Shown here: positions 47,549 through 56,668 of the stretch, in pieces
Layout of the letters: the number at the start of each line of letters is the position of its first letter
Numbering within the stretch: position 1 is the first letter of the stretch
Origin: Patescibacteria group bacterium
GTDB taxonomy: Bacteria > Patescibacteriota > Microgenomatia > UBA1400 > CG1-02-47-37
DNA length: 64,000 nt
Direction: 5' to 3'
Assembly (NCBI GenBank): GCA_038065055.1
Contig: JBBTRT010000005.1
Coordinates: 2,706 to 66,705, forward strand
Made by a program: the position numbers and the translations under genes
Notes under the pieces: model-generated
Seen by the model: the letters and a program-made list of their open reading frames with translations, nothing else
Told to the model about the DNA's origin: nothing
The model's database searches: none

Positions 47549-47736
47549 TTATAAATTCTCCAGCTATCAAAATTATCTAGGTTTGTATAATCAGGCTTGG
47601 ATAAATAAGGATGAAATTTTATGCTATTTCAATCAAAATCCAACTAAACAATCTTATAAAGTTTTTGTCGAAGAATCAGATGAAAGAGATTTACCTATGA
47701 TTAAAAATATTACCTTGGACTTCGAATAATAATGCG

Positions 47737-47759
47737 CCTACAGGGACTGTCCTTGAAGG
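47737..47759. repeat. REP-like palindrome (CCTACAGGGACTGTCCTTGAAGG) 3' of the RayT-like gene; it overlaps the last codons and the stop of murA on the other strand
   Basis: Read directly. MurA ends ...NNLQGQSL* and its TAG is the complement of 47738-47740. Confidence 0.85.
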
Positions 47760-49000
47760 TTATTTATTTTAGCACCAAGGGCCTGCAAATGGCCGATAAA
47801 GTTTTCGTAACCCCGGTTAAGATGCTCCACTCCGGTCAACACAGTTTCCCCCCGGGCACACAAGCCGGCTAAAACCAAAGTGGCGCCGGCGCGGATATCC
47901 GGAATCGTTAATTTTTGCCCCTGAAGCTTGGCCGGACCAATAATTTTAATGGATCCGGGCATCTGACTAATCTTGGCACCCATGGCTAGTAGCAGAGGCA
48001 CAAACTGAAACCGGTGAGGAAAAATAGTATCCGTGACCTGTGACTGGCCCTGAAACTGAGTAGCGAGAACTGACCATAGTGGCTGCCAATCAGTCATAAA
48101 GCCTGGGTGCGGAGCGGTCTTAATGTTAACCGCACGTAACGGTTGATGATAGTAAAAACGAATCCCCTCGCTTAAAACTTTAAAACCCGCGCCAATTTCG
48201 GTTAATTTGGTTAAAAAAGCGGTTAAATCTTGTTCCCGGGCATGCTTGACCAGAATATTTCCTTGAGTAATCAAAGCGGCAATGGCATAGGAGACTGCTT
48301 CATTGCGATCCGGCATTACCGAGTAACTGGCTGAACCTAAGTCTTTAACGCCGTTAATAATGATCGTCCGGGGCGCTTGCCTGGTTATTTTGGCGCCCAT
48401 TTGAGTTAAAAAAGCAATTAAGTCATCGACTTCCGGTTCCAAAGCGCAATTTTTAAGGATGGTTTTCCCTCGGGCCAAGACAGCGGCCATAATTAAAGTT
48501 TCTGTGCCGGTGTGGGTAGGCTCGGGAAAAGTATAATTTCCGCCTTTTAAAACAGGACAAGTGGCGTAAATTAATTGGTTTTTGAGCTTAATTTTGGCGC
48601 CTAAGGCCTGCAGTCCGGCAAAGTGCCAGTTTAAGCGGCGCTCCCCGATTTGGTCGCCGCCGGGCAAAGGCATGATTGCCTGCTGAAACCGGGCCAAAAG
48701 CGGAGCTAAAAATAAACTGGAAGCCCGCGAGGCCTGACCCAAACTTTGCGGCACAGTAAAAGACTGAAGGTTATCTGCCTGAAGTTTAAAATAGTTAGCG
48801 TCAGCCTTAACTTGGCCGCCTAGCTGAAGAATAATTTCTTTGACCAACTCAACATCGGCAATGCGGCAAACATTGGTTAAGTTAACTTCCCTATGGCTCA
48901 ACAACGAAGCAATCATCAGTTTAAAAGCAGAGTTTTTGGCACCGCTTAAACTGACCGTGCCGTTTAAACGTTGGCCGCCTTGAATAGTAATTTCAGCCAT
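47738..49000 (-). CDS. murA: UDP-N-acetylglucosamine 1-carboxyvinyltransferase
   Basis: MAEITIQGGQRLNGTVSLSGAKNSAFKLMIASLL; 420 aa. Confidence 0.9.
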   Translation of the reverse strand: MAEITIQGGQRLNGTVSLSGAKNSAFKLMIASLLSHREVNLTNVCRIADVELVKEIILQLGGQVKADANYFKLQADNLQSFTVPQSLGQASRASSLFLAPLLARFQQAIMPLPGGDQIGERRLNWHFAGLQALGAKIKLKNQLIYATCPVLKGGNYTFPEPTHTGTETLIMAAVLARGKTILKNCALEPEVDDLIAFLTQMGAKITRQAPRTIIINGVKDLGSASYSVMPDRNEAVSYAIAALITQGNILVKHAREQDLTAFLTKLTEIGAGFKVLSEGIRFYYHQPLRAVNIKTAPHPGFMTDWQPLWSVLATQFQGQSQVTDTIFPHRFQFVPLLLAMGAKISQMPGSIKIIGPAKLQGQKLTIPDIRAGATLVLAGLCARGETVLTGVEHLNRGYENFIGHLQALGAKINNLQGQSL

Positions 49001-49784
49001 AAATAATTATTTCCGGTTCCAAGTTTAAATTAAGCTTGGTTTTAGCCTGGGTTTGAATTAATTTAATTAATTGCCGGACATCGGCTGATTTAGCCCCGCC
49101 TAAATTAACAATAAAATTGGCGTGGCGACGAGAAATTTGCGCCTGGCCAAGCTGCCTGCCTTTAAGGTGCAGCTGTTGGTCAATAATAGCGCCGCTAGAT
49201 TGACCGGGAGGATTTTTAAAAATACAGCCGCTAGATTGCTGGGGCTGATGAGCTTTTTTTAATTGGATAGTTTTTACTAAGCGCCGGGCGGCTTCAGAAT
49301 CGCCGGGTTTTAACTGGACAGTGACAGTTAAAATTACTCCCTGATATTTGGTAGTTTTAATAACAAACTCTGACCATAAATGGCCGACGCCGTGCATGGC
49401 CACAGCGGTGGCGCCGCCAACAGTCGCCGGAATGCCAGCAAAAGCCTCCAGCCCGGTTAAACCGTGATTAATCAGGTGCATAATGGCTTTGGGTAAAAAA
49501 ACGCCGCTGTCCAGTTCAACCCGCTGATGTGGTAAAAGCCGGATTTTGGCGGTGGAATTTTTAATTACCAAGCCTTTTAAGCCTTTATCCGGAATTAAAA
49601 TATTACTCCCCTTGCCTAAGATGGTAACCGGCCAATGATTGATTTTAGCTAGTTTGACGGCTAATTTTAAATCACTAATGGTTTTAGCTTCGCAAAAATG
49701 CTCGGCCGGGCCGCCGATTTTAAAAGTGGTAAAAGGAGCTAAGATTTGATTTTGGATAATGTCCATAGAATCTCCTTGTGCCAA
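48993..49784 (-). CDS. murB: UDP-N-acetylenolpyruvoylglucosamine reductase (short form)
   Basis: LAPFTTFKIGGPAEHF FAD-binding N-terminus. An alternative start is MDIIQ at 49766. Confidence 0.8.
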   Translation of the reverse strand: MAQGDSMDIIQNQILAPFTTFKIGGPAEHFCEAKTISDLKLAVKLAKINHWPVTILGKGSNILIPDKGLKGLVIKNSTAKIRLLPHQRVELDSGVFLPKAIMHLINHGLTGLEAFAGIPATVGGATAVAMHGVGHLWSEFVIKTTKYQGVILTVTVQLKPGDSEAARRLVKTIQLKKAHQPQQSSGCIFKNPPGQSSGAIIDQQLHLKGRQLGQAQISRRHANFIVNLGGAKSADVRQLIKLIQTQAKTKLNLNLEPEIIIYG

Positions 49785-51163
49785 AGCCAGTTATTGCCGG
49801 CGCCAAGGGTAATTAAGATATCGCCGGAACGGCAATAGTGTTTGATAAAGGCTAAAGTAGCGGCTTTACCAGGGCAATAATAAACTTGGCGGTGGTGTTT
49901 AGCAACCGAGTTGCTAAAACTTTTACTGGTTAAGCCTAAGTTGTCTTTTTCCCGGGCAGAAGCAAAAATGTCGTTGATCACGACCAGGTCGGCCTGGCTA
50001 AAACTTTGACTAAACTCAGTTAACAAAGCTTTGGTACGGGAATAAGTGTGTGACTGGAAAATAGGAATCAAACGGCGGTCAGGAAACCATTCCCGGGCGG
50101 CTTGCAGAACGGCTTTAATTTCAGTCGGGTGATGAGCATAATCATCATAAAGACTAATTTTCTTAACCTCACTAATTAATTCAAACCGACGCTTAACCCC
50201 GGTAAAAGTTTTTATACCAGCTTGCAATTTTTGGGTTGAGGCCCCTAAATTATAGGCCGTTACTATGGCGGCAGTAGCATTTAAAAGATTGTAATTGCCG
50301 GGCAGAGTTAAAATCATTTCCGGCCAAGTTACGCCTTTGACTTTAAGGGTAAAAAACTGTTTTTTATCGGCCAAATGATGGCTAATAATCTGCCAATCGG
50401 CCAAAGGAGAAAAACCATAAGTGATCACCGGGCGGTTTAAACGGCTGATAAATTGCTTGCAGCGGGGATTATCGATATTAATAATAATAAAGCCATTTTT
50501 AGGAACTGGCTGTAAAAACTTAATAAACGAGTCAAAAACTGAATCTAAAGACGGATAAACATCCGGGTGATCGTATTCCAGATTAGTAATTACTGCCATA
50601 TAAGGAGTTAAATAATGAAACCGGGGAGTTAAATTTTTTAGCGGGTCGGTGATGAATTCATCGGCTTCCGCCACAAAATACGGGGAACGGGAATTAAAGC
50701 GGCCAGGGGCCGGTAAGGAAAAAATCGCGCCGGCGCCAACCGCATAACTGGGCTGAAAGCCGGCCGCAGTTAACAGATGAGCAATCAGGGCCGAAACAGT
50801 TGATTTGCCGCCAACGCCGCTAACCGCCACGACCTGTTTACCGCTGGAAAATAGACCGAGCGCCTGAGCATGGCTTAAAACCGGAATATTTTTAGCTTGA
50901 GCGGCCACCACTTCCGGATTATCACTCCCCTGGTGAGCGCCGGTATAAATAACTAAATCACAATTACGGGGCAAATTTTTTGGGGAAAAACCCAGCTTAA
51001 CTTTCAACTTCCTGGTTTTTAAAACCGCATCGGTAGGAAACACTTCAGCGGTGTCGCTGCCGGAGACTTTTTTACCTAAATCTAAAGCGCACAAAGCCAG
51101 GGCAGTCATACCGACGCCTTTAATCCCGGTAAAATGAATGGTTTTAAGTTTTTTTAAATTCAC
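49739..51163 (-). CDS. murC: UDP-N-acetylmuramate--L-alanine ligase
   Basis: IHFTGIKGVGMTALA and P-loop SGVGGKSTVSA. Confidence 0.9.
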   Translation of the reverse strand: MNLKKLKTIHFTGIKGVGMTALALCALDLGKKVSGSDTAEVFPTDAVLKTRKLKVKLGFSPKNLPRNCDLVIYTGAHQGSDNPEVVAAQAKNIPVLSHAQALGLFSSGKQVVAVSGVGGKSTVSALIAHLLTAAGFQPSYAVGAGAIFSLPAPGRFNSRSPYFVAEADEFITDPLKNLTPRFHYLTPYMAVITNLEYDHPDVYPSLDSVFDSFIKFLQPVPKNGFIIINIDNPRCKQFISRLNRPVITYGFSPLADWQIISHHLADKKQFFTLKVKGVTWPEMILTLPGNYNLLNATAAIVTAYNLGASTQKLQAGIKTFTGVKRRFELISEVKKISLYDDYAHHPTEIKAVLQAAREWFPDRRLIPIFQSHTYSRTKALLTEFSQSFSQADLVVINDIFASAREKDNLGLTSKSFSNSVAKHHRQVYYCPGKAATLAFIKHYCRSGDILITLGAGNNWLWHKEILWTLSKIKS

Positions 51164-52238
51164 CGGCTGATAATGATTGATAAAGAACTAAACCGCTAGC
51201 CAGCAAGGCTTTAGCACCTAAAGTGACGCCCGGCATCACCGAAGAGTTAATTCCCAATTGGCTTCCTTTTGCCAAAATAGCGCCTAGCTTTGACTTGCCG
51301 GGAAGAACCTCTTTTTTGTCAAACCGCATATTGGCCAGCCGAGCGCCGGAGCCTAAATTGCTCCCCCCTTCGATAATGGAATCACCCACATAATTGGTGT
51401 GGAAAAAATTATTCGGGCCAACGTAACTCCGGGCAATTTCCGTGTAATATCCGACCGTAGTACCGGATTCAATGATAGAATCCCGAATCAAACAGTGGTG
51501 GCCGATGATAACTTTGGGGCCAATATAGGAATTAATAATCTGGGCGCCGGGGTAAATCTTGGCGGTTTTATCGATGATAGATTTACCGGTTAATAAACCG
51601 GCAGTTAAATCCAAAATTTGCCAAGGATATTTTAGTTGATAGAATTTGCCGGCGGCTTTAACCAGAAGCGAATTGGTTAATTGATTTAAACCGGCTTCGT
51701 AATCAGCTTTAAGCACGGCAATAAATTCTTCGATTTTAGGAAAATAGTCTAAGACGATTTTTAACCACTCGCTCGGTTCTTTTCCCTCGGCAGGCTTTTC
51801 GATGACCTGCAGGGACTGTCCCTGCAGGCTGAAAAAACCGCCGGTGAGACCGGGATGGCTCTTGATACCGGTAAAAATTACTTTATCAGGAGTAGTTTTT
51901 ATTGCTCGTGAAAATTGCTGAATAATTTTAGGGTCAATCCAGTCATCTCCGTTAACTACTACGGTCGGGCCTACAAGGTCCAACCTTGCAGATAAGACGG
52001 CGCCGGCCATGCCGTTGGGTGCGGGTTGGACGACTATCTTGGCTTTGGGAAAAAGTTTAGCAACTGCAGTTTTGTCTTTAGGATTAACCACGATAATTAT
52101 TTGGCTGGGTTTTAAACCCTGACAATTAGCCACAACATGCTCCAGCAAAGTCTTGCCTAAAAACGGCAATAAAGGCTTACTGGTAACAAGCGGCTGAAAC
52201 CGTTTACCGATGCCGGCGGCTAAAACTAGTAATTGCAT
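51144..52238 (-). CDS. sugar-phosphate nucleotidyltransferase with a C-terminal left-handed beta-helix (GlmU-like)
   Basis: LVLAAGIGKRFQPLVTSKPLLPF N-terminal signature, VIEKP motif and C-terminal hexapeptide-repeat region (IGPKVIIGHHCLIRDSIIESGTTVG...). Confidence 0.75.
   Translation of the reverse strand: MQLLVLAAGIGKRFQPLVTSKPLLPFLGKTLLEHVVANCQGLKPSQIIIVVNPKDKTAVAKLFPKAKIVVQPAPNGMAGAVLSARLDLVGPTVVVNGDDWIDPKIIQQFSRAIKTTPDKVIFTGIKSHPGLTGGFFSLQGQSLQVIEKPAEGKEPSEWLKIVLDYFPKIEEFIAVLKADYEAGLNQLTNSLLVKAAGKFYQLKYPWQILDLTAGLLTGKSIIDKTAKIYPGAQIINSYIGPKVIIGHHCLIRDSIIESGTTVGYYTEIARSYVGPNNFFHTNYVGDSIIEGGSNLGSGARLANMRFDKKEVLPGKSKLGAILAKGSQLGINSSVMPGVTLGAKALLASGLVLYQSLSAGEFKKT
51806..51828. repeat. REP-like palindrome, perfect (CCTGCAGGGAC T GTCCCTGCAGG), in frame inside the GlmU-like gene (encodes SLQGQSLQV)
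   Basis: Read directly. Both arms contain CCTGCAGG. Confidence 0.85.
51970..51992. repeat. possible degenerate REP-like copy (CCTACAAGG TCCAA CCTTGCAGA) in the same gene
   Basis: 7 of 9 stem positions can pair. It resembles the 32099 copy. Confidence 0.35.
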
Positions 52239-53272
52239 AATTTTAAAGCCTTTCTGACAGCCTGATGTTCAGACCAGGGCGATTCTATTGTACCAAAACA
52301 CATTGATTGTTCGTGGGCTTTGCCGAAACAAGCGACGGTATCTCCCGGCCGGGCCAGTTTAACCGCCAGGTTAATAGCTTTTTGGCGGTCAGGCTCAAGG
52401 TAAAGTTTTTTCTTGGTTTTATAGCCGGCTTTAATTGCCTGAATAATCTGGTTCACGTCCTCGGTGCGGGGGTCTTCGGCAGTTAAAATGGTAATATCCG
52501 CCAAACGGCCGGAAATTTCCCCCATAAGCGGCCGTTTAAGACGATCGCGCAAACCCGCGCAGCCAAAAACCGCGATCAGTCTTTTTTGAGTTTTGGAGCG
52601 CAAATACAGTAAAGCTTTTTCCAGGGCATCGGGTTTGTGGGCAAAATCAATCACCACATTAAAAGGCTTGAGGCGAACAAATTCCATCCGGCCGGGAACA
52701 CCGGGAAAAGTTTTTAGGGCCTGAGCAATAACTGTCTGCTTGATACCCATTTTTACGGCAATAGCGCTAGCGGCATTGTTATTGGCTTTGAAAAAATTGT
52801 CGGAAGGCGCAAAGCTGACTTTATTTTCCGACATTTGCAATAACTTCAATTTCGCCTGGCGGTAATTGGCAAAAGTCCGATGATAATCCAAATGCTCATG
52901 GGTGATGTTGGTAATCAGGCCGTATTTAAACTTAATTCCCCAATTGCGATTTTGATCCAAACCATGAGAAGTGACCTCGAGAACCACGTGAGTATGTTTT
53001 TTATCCAGATATGAACGGAGCAGTTTTTGCAGAGTAAACGGTTCGGGGTTAGTAACGTGCAGGCCGGGAACCGAGACAGTGGATAAAAGTGCCGCTTTAT
53101 AGCCGGCTTTAGTTAAAATATGATGCAGGAGGTGGCAGACGCTGGTTTTACCGGAGGTGCCGGTAATGCCGATGACAATGAGTTTTCTTGAGGGAAAACC
53201 ATAAATTAAGTTTGCCAAGACCGCCTGAGGCAAATGCCAAAAAAGATTAATTAGGTTTTGCCTAAAATTCAT
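52226..53272 (-). CDS. murE: MurE-like Mur ligase, short (348 aa), lacking the canonical N-terminal UDP-binding domain
   Basis: P-loop GITGTSGKTS at residue ~36, NITHEHLDYH, DFAHKPDALEKAL and TAEDPRTED (at the position of the DNPR-type motif). Confidence 0.7.
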   Translation of the reverse strand: MNFRQNLINLFWHLPQAVLANLIYGFPSRKLIVIGITGTSGKTSVCHLLHHILTKAGYKAALLSTVSVPGLHVTNPEPFTLQKLLRSYLDKKHTHVVLEVTSHGLDQNRNWGIKFKYGLITNITHEHLDYHRTFANYRQAKLKLLQMSENKVSFAPSDNFFKANNNAASAIAVKMGIKQTVIAQALKTFPGVPGRMEFVRLKPFNVVIDFAHKPDALEKALLYLRSKTQKRLIAVFGCAGLRDRLKRPLMGEISGRLADITILTAEDPRTEDVNQIIQAIKAGYKTKKKLYLEPDRQKAINLAVKLARPGDTVACFGKAHEQSMCFGTIESPWSEHQAVRKALKLCNY

Positions 53273-53334
53273 TAATCTATTGTACTACATTGGCTTTTTT
53301 TATCGAACTGATATAATATCCTATAATTAATTCT

Positions 53335-53877
53335 ATGCTCTATCAAGAACAATTTGCTGATACCAGAGCCTTAATGGGTGAGATTGATAGTTTTCTAACT
53401 CATGTCGAACCATTAAATATTAAGTTAAGTGGTGACGTATTGGTAATTGGTCCGGCACCGGATTTAATTGACTTAGTCGTAGTAGAACCGCAGTTAAATC
53501 GAGTTAAGTCAATTACCATTGTTGATCAAGATTTTAGAGCGGAAAGGGCTGGTTTTCTGAGTATTTTTCAACAATGTCACCCTGATGTTGCTGTAACTTT
53601 AATACAACCTAAGCGATTTCAAGATTTAACCCAAACATTTGACGCAATTATTTTTATAGGCGCGAGCGCTTATTTTCATATATGTAATTCTTATTTAAGC
53701 ATACCTAATCGCCTTAAACCTGGAGGAAAATTCTTCGGAACATGTAATTTCCCTCTTGAAGCGGCAACTGTAAGTTTGACTCAAGATTCAACTATGGAAG
53801 TCATTGTATCTGTGCCAGGTCATCCACGTTGGGAACCTGATTGGACCGGAATTATTATTGAGAAGGCACAACATTAA
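53335..53877 (+). CDS. hypothetical protein with a Rossmann/methyltransferase-like pattern, opposite strand within the dcw cluster
   Basis: VLVIGPAPD, ITIVDQD, FDAIIFIGA and LKPGGKFF. TATAAT (53322-53327) lies 7 nt before the ATG. The 3' end overlaps ftsI by 23 bp. Confidence 0.4.
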   Translation: MLYQEQFADTRALMGEIDSFLTHVEPLNIKLSGDVLVIGPAPDLIDLVVVEPQLNRVKSITIVDQDFRAERAGFLSIFQQCHPDVAVTLIQPKRFQDLTQTFDAIIFIGASAYFHICNSYLSIPNRLKPGGKFFGTCNFPLEAATVSLTQDSTMEVIVSVPGHPRWEPDWTGIIIEKAQH

Positions 53878-55546
53878 AATGATTCAGTAATTCGGCGGCG
53901 ATGTTAAACCACAAAGGGGCAGCAGTTTCCGAGGCCCACTGGGAAGTTTTCGGTTCTTTTAAGGTAACTAGCATCACAAATTTGGGTTTGTCCGCGGGAG
54001 CAAAACCGATAAACGAAGCGTTTGTAACAGTGTCCGCATATTTACCACCGACCGCCACTTGAGCGGTACCGGTTTTACCGGCAATGTTATAACCGGTAAC
54101 ATTGGTCCACTTGGCTTCGCCGTCTTTAACGGCAGCCACCATCATATCAGTCACCTGCTGGGCGGCTTCCTGGCTGATAACCCGGTGGCGGGATTTAAGC
54201 GGCAAAGTAATCGTTTGCCGGTCGCTGATAATTTGATTCACCATTCTCGGCTCAACTAATTCGCCGCCGTTGGCAATCGCGGCCGTTGCCTGAAGCATTT
54301 GCATTCCGGTGGCTAAAAAACCCTGGCCAAAACTGGCAGTCGCCAGATCAACAAAAGTCCACTGTTTATCAGGTTTAAAGGGCGGCACTTGTTCATCCTG
54401 CAAATCAATGTTGGTCGGAGTCGAAAAACCAAATTTTTTAAAATAGTCCAAGAATTTGTCCAGCCCGAGTTTTTGACCCACAAAAACCATTCCAACATTG
54501 TCAGAATGGACAATAATATCAGTCATGGTTTCGTTAGGACGGTACTGATTATCCCAAGTATTAATCAGATATTTATCAATTTTAACCGGACCGTCACAGA
54601 TTTCACAGATCGTATCGGGTTTAATTAAATCTTCATTCATGGCAGCGGCCATAACCACGATTTTAAAAATCGATCCGGGTTCAAAAGCATCGGCAATCAC
54701 CGGATTTAAAAACAATTCCGGCTCGAACTGAGAATATTTAACCGGATCATAAGCCGGCAAAGACGCCATCGCGAGAATCGCGCCGGTAAAGGGGTCCATG
54801 ACTGTGACGGAACCGGACTTAGCGCCATAACGTTCGAGGGCAGCAGCCATCTTTTTTTCGACCATAAATTGCAAACCTTTATCTAAAAAAAGCTTTAACT
54901 TCCGGCCGTCGCGCGGTTCCTGGTTGAAAAACTGGCCAAAAATAATCGGCTGGCTGAAAGCATCGTGTTCCTGACGGAGAATTCCCGGCTGGCCGGCCAA
55001 TTCGGCCTGATAAAAGCCTTCCAAGCCATACACGCCTTTATCTTCTCCTTGATCTCCTTGGCCGACAAAACCAACGAGATGGGCGGCCATTGAGGCCTCT
55101 GGATAAAACCGAAGCTGGTCAGGTTCAAAACTTAAATTTTTCCAGGCTAAACTTTCTAAGGACCATTTTTGTGCCTGGCTGATTTTTTTTGCCAAAGTTA
55201 CCCAGTTAGTTTTAGGATCGGATAAACGATTATAAAGCGCGGCAGAAACCGTTGAGTTTAAAAGCGGGGCTAAAGTATTAGCCGCAGTTTTTAGATCGGT
55301 GTCCGGGTTATTTTTAATAAAAAAAGCATTATAGGCCGGTTGATTGGCCACCAGATAACTGTTGTCACTGGTAAAAATTTCCCCTCTTTTAGCACTTACC
55401 GTAGTAGTGGTTTGCTGTTGGGAACGGGCTAAGGAGAGCAAGTTATCCGCGGCTAACACCTGCCAGTAAAACAGCCGCCCTAATAAAACAATGACCATTA
55501 AGATAAAAAACAGGCGAAGGCTAATTAAGCGCCAATGAATGCTCAT
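53855..55546 (-). CDS. ftsI: class B penicillin-binding protein (FtsI-type transpeptidase)
   Basis: SxxK (GSIFKIV), SxN (HSDNVG), KTG (AGKTGTA) and an N-terminal TM anchor. Confidence 0.9.
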   Translation of the reverse strand: MSIHWRLISLRLFFILMVIVLLGRLFYWQVLAADNLLSLARSQQQTTTTVSAKRGEIFTSDNSYLVANQPAYNAFFIKNNPDTDLKTAANTLAPLLNSTVSAALYNRLSDPKTNWVTLAKKISQAQKWSLESLAWKNLSFEPDQLRFYPEASMAAHLVGFVGQGDQGEDKGVYGLEGFYQAELAGQPGILRQEHDAFSQPIIFGQFFNQEPRDGRKLKLFLDKGLQFMVEKKMAAALERYGAKSGSVTVMDPFTGAILAMASLPAYDPVKYSQFEPELFLNPVIADAFEPGSIFKIVVMAAAMNEDLIKPDTICEICDGPVKIDKYLINTWDNQYRPNETMTDIIVHSDNVGMVFVGQKLGLDKFLDYFKKFGFSTPTNIDLQDEQVPPFKPDKQWTFVDLATASFGQGFLATGMQMLQATAAIANGGELVEPRMVNQIISDRQTITLPLKSRHRVISQEAAQQVTDMMVAAVKDGEAKWTNVTGYNIAGKTGTAQVAVGGKYADTVTNASFIGFAPADKPKFVMLVTLKEPKTSQWASETAAPLWFNIAAELLNHFNVVPSQ

Positions 55547-55838
55547 GAAAATATTTTACCTGTGGTTTATCGGTATAACCGGCAGCCAGGGCCGCTTGCT
55601 GTAAATCAATTAAATTACCGCTTTTGGCCGCCAATTCAGTTGCCAGGTAGAAATTCTGAGTTTTAACCTCAGCAACAGTTTGTTTTAATTGATTTAAATC
55701 TCCACCCCAGGTAGCCGGACGATTAGATAAAACCATGCGCGTAAAAGCTAATAAAATCACTAAGGTAATTGAACCGCCAAGACACCACCGGCATTTGCGG
55801 CTAATTTGCTGATATTGAGTTTTTTCTCCTCTTGTCAT
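55521..55838 (-). CDS. ftsL: FtsL-like small bitopic division protein
   Basis: A single TM helix (GGSITLVILLAFTRMVL) plus a short helical ectodomain. It sits between rsmH and ftsI. Confidence 0.55.
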   Translation of the reverse strand: MTRGEKTQYQQISRKCRWCLGGSITLVILLAFTRMVLSNRPATWGGDLNQLKQTVAEVKTQNFYLATELAAKSGNLIDLQQAALAAGYTDKPQVKYFHEHSLALN

Positions 55839-56668
55839 ATCTTTTCTCCTAAACGCAGCTTGGCACTGCGGCTGCGGGGGTTGGTTAAAACTTCTTCCCG
55901 ACTGGGTTTAAGCGGGTGTTTCGTTAAATTTTTAAGTTGCTGATTATGTTTCATAAAATTTTTGACAATGCGGTCTTCCAGCGAATGAAAGCTGATAACG
56001 GCTAATCTTCCGCCTGGTTTTAATAGTTTTACGGCCTGAGGTAAAACCGCTTCCAGGTTGGCCAGTTCCTGGTTAACCGCAATCCGTAAAGCCTGAAAAA
56101 CCTGGGTCGCCGGGTTGGTTCTCCCCCGGTGGCGAACCACAGAGCTAATTAACTGGGCCAGCTCTTGAGTCGTGGTTATTGGCCGGCTTTTGACGATTAC
56201 CGAGGCAATCGCTAACGCTCTGGGTTCTTCACCGTAATCAGTGAACAACTGATAAAGCTCGGCTTCGCTCAGTTTATTCACCAGATCGGCGGCAGTCGTG
56301 GTTAAGCGCGGGTCCAGCCGCATGTCTAACGGGCCATTGGTTTGAAACGAAAAGCCCCGGTTAACATCGGCCAGCTGATTACTGGATAAACCTAAGTCAA
56401 GCAAGACGCCGCTTGCCTGGGTAACCCCGAGCGATTCGGCAACCTTGAGTAACTGACTAAAGTTAGCCTGGACAAAGCGGGCATTAGGTAATTTAGCCTG
56501 GGCCCGCTTTAAGGCATCCGGGTCAACGTCTAAACCGATAACCTCACCACCAAGGCGAGCAATTTCGGCAGCATGGCCGGCAGAACCGACGGTGCAGTCG
56601 AAATATATTTGGTTGGCGGTTATGTTCAAACCGTCAACAACTTCATGTAAAAGAACTGGGTTGTGCAG
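55835..56668 (-). CDS. rsmH: 16S rRNA (cytosine1402-N4)-methyltransferase; proposed CTG start at 56668 (the first canonical start is TTG at 56629)
   Basis: The in-frame upstream extension encodes HNPVLLHEVVDGLNITANQIYFDCTVGSAGH, which matches the conserved RsmH N-terminus. AGGAG (complement of 56678-56682) lies 9 nt before the CTG, and an in-frame TAG lies at 56681-56683. Confidence 0.8.
   Translation of the reverse strand: MHNPVLLHEVVDGLNITANQIYFDCTVGSAGHAAEIARLGGEVIGLDVDPDALKRAQAKLPNARFVQANFSQLLKVAESLGVTQASGVLLDLGLSSNQLADVNRGFSFQTNGPLDMRLDPRLTTTAADLVNKLSEAELYQLFTDYGEEPRALAIASVIVKSRPITTTQELAQLISSVVRHRGRTNPATQVFQALRIAVNQELANLEAVLPQAVKLLKPGGRLAVISFHSLEDRIVKNFMKHNQQLKNLTKHPLKPSREEVLTNPRSRSAKLRLGEKI

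Larger units (their letters stand above)
47073..47729 (+). mobile_element. RayT / IS200-like HUH-Y1 transposase homologue (REP-associated tyrosine transposase-like), 218 aa
   Basis: YYHVYNRGVAKQPIF, the HUH motif in AYCLMPNHFHFFI, HVFQGRYKA and catalytic-Tyr motif SKYIHQNP. It is flanked by palindromes at 47036-47057 and 47737-47759 and has two more inside the ORF. Confidence 0.8.
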
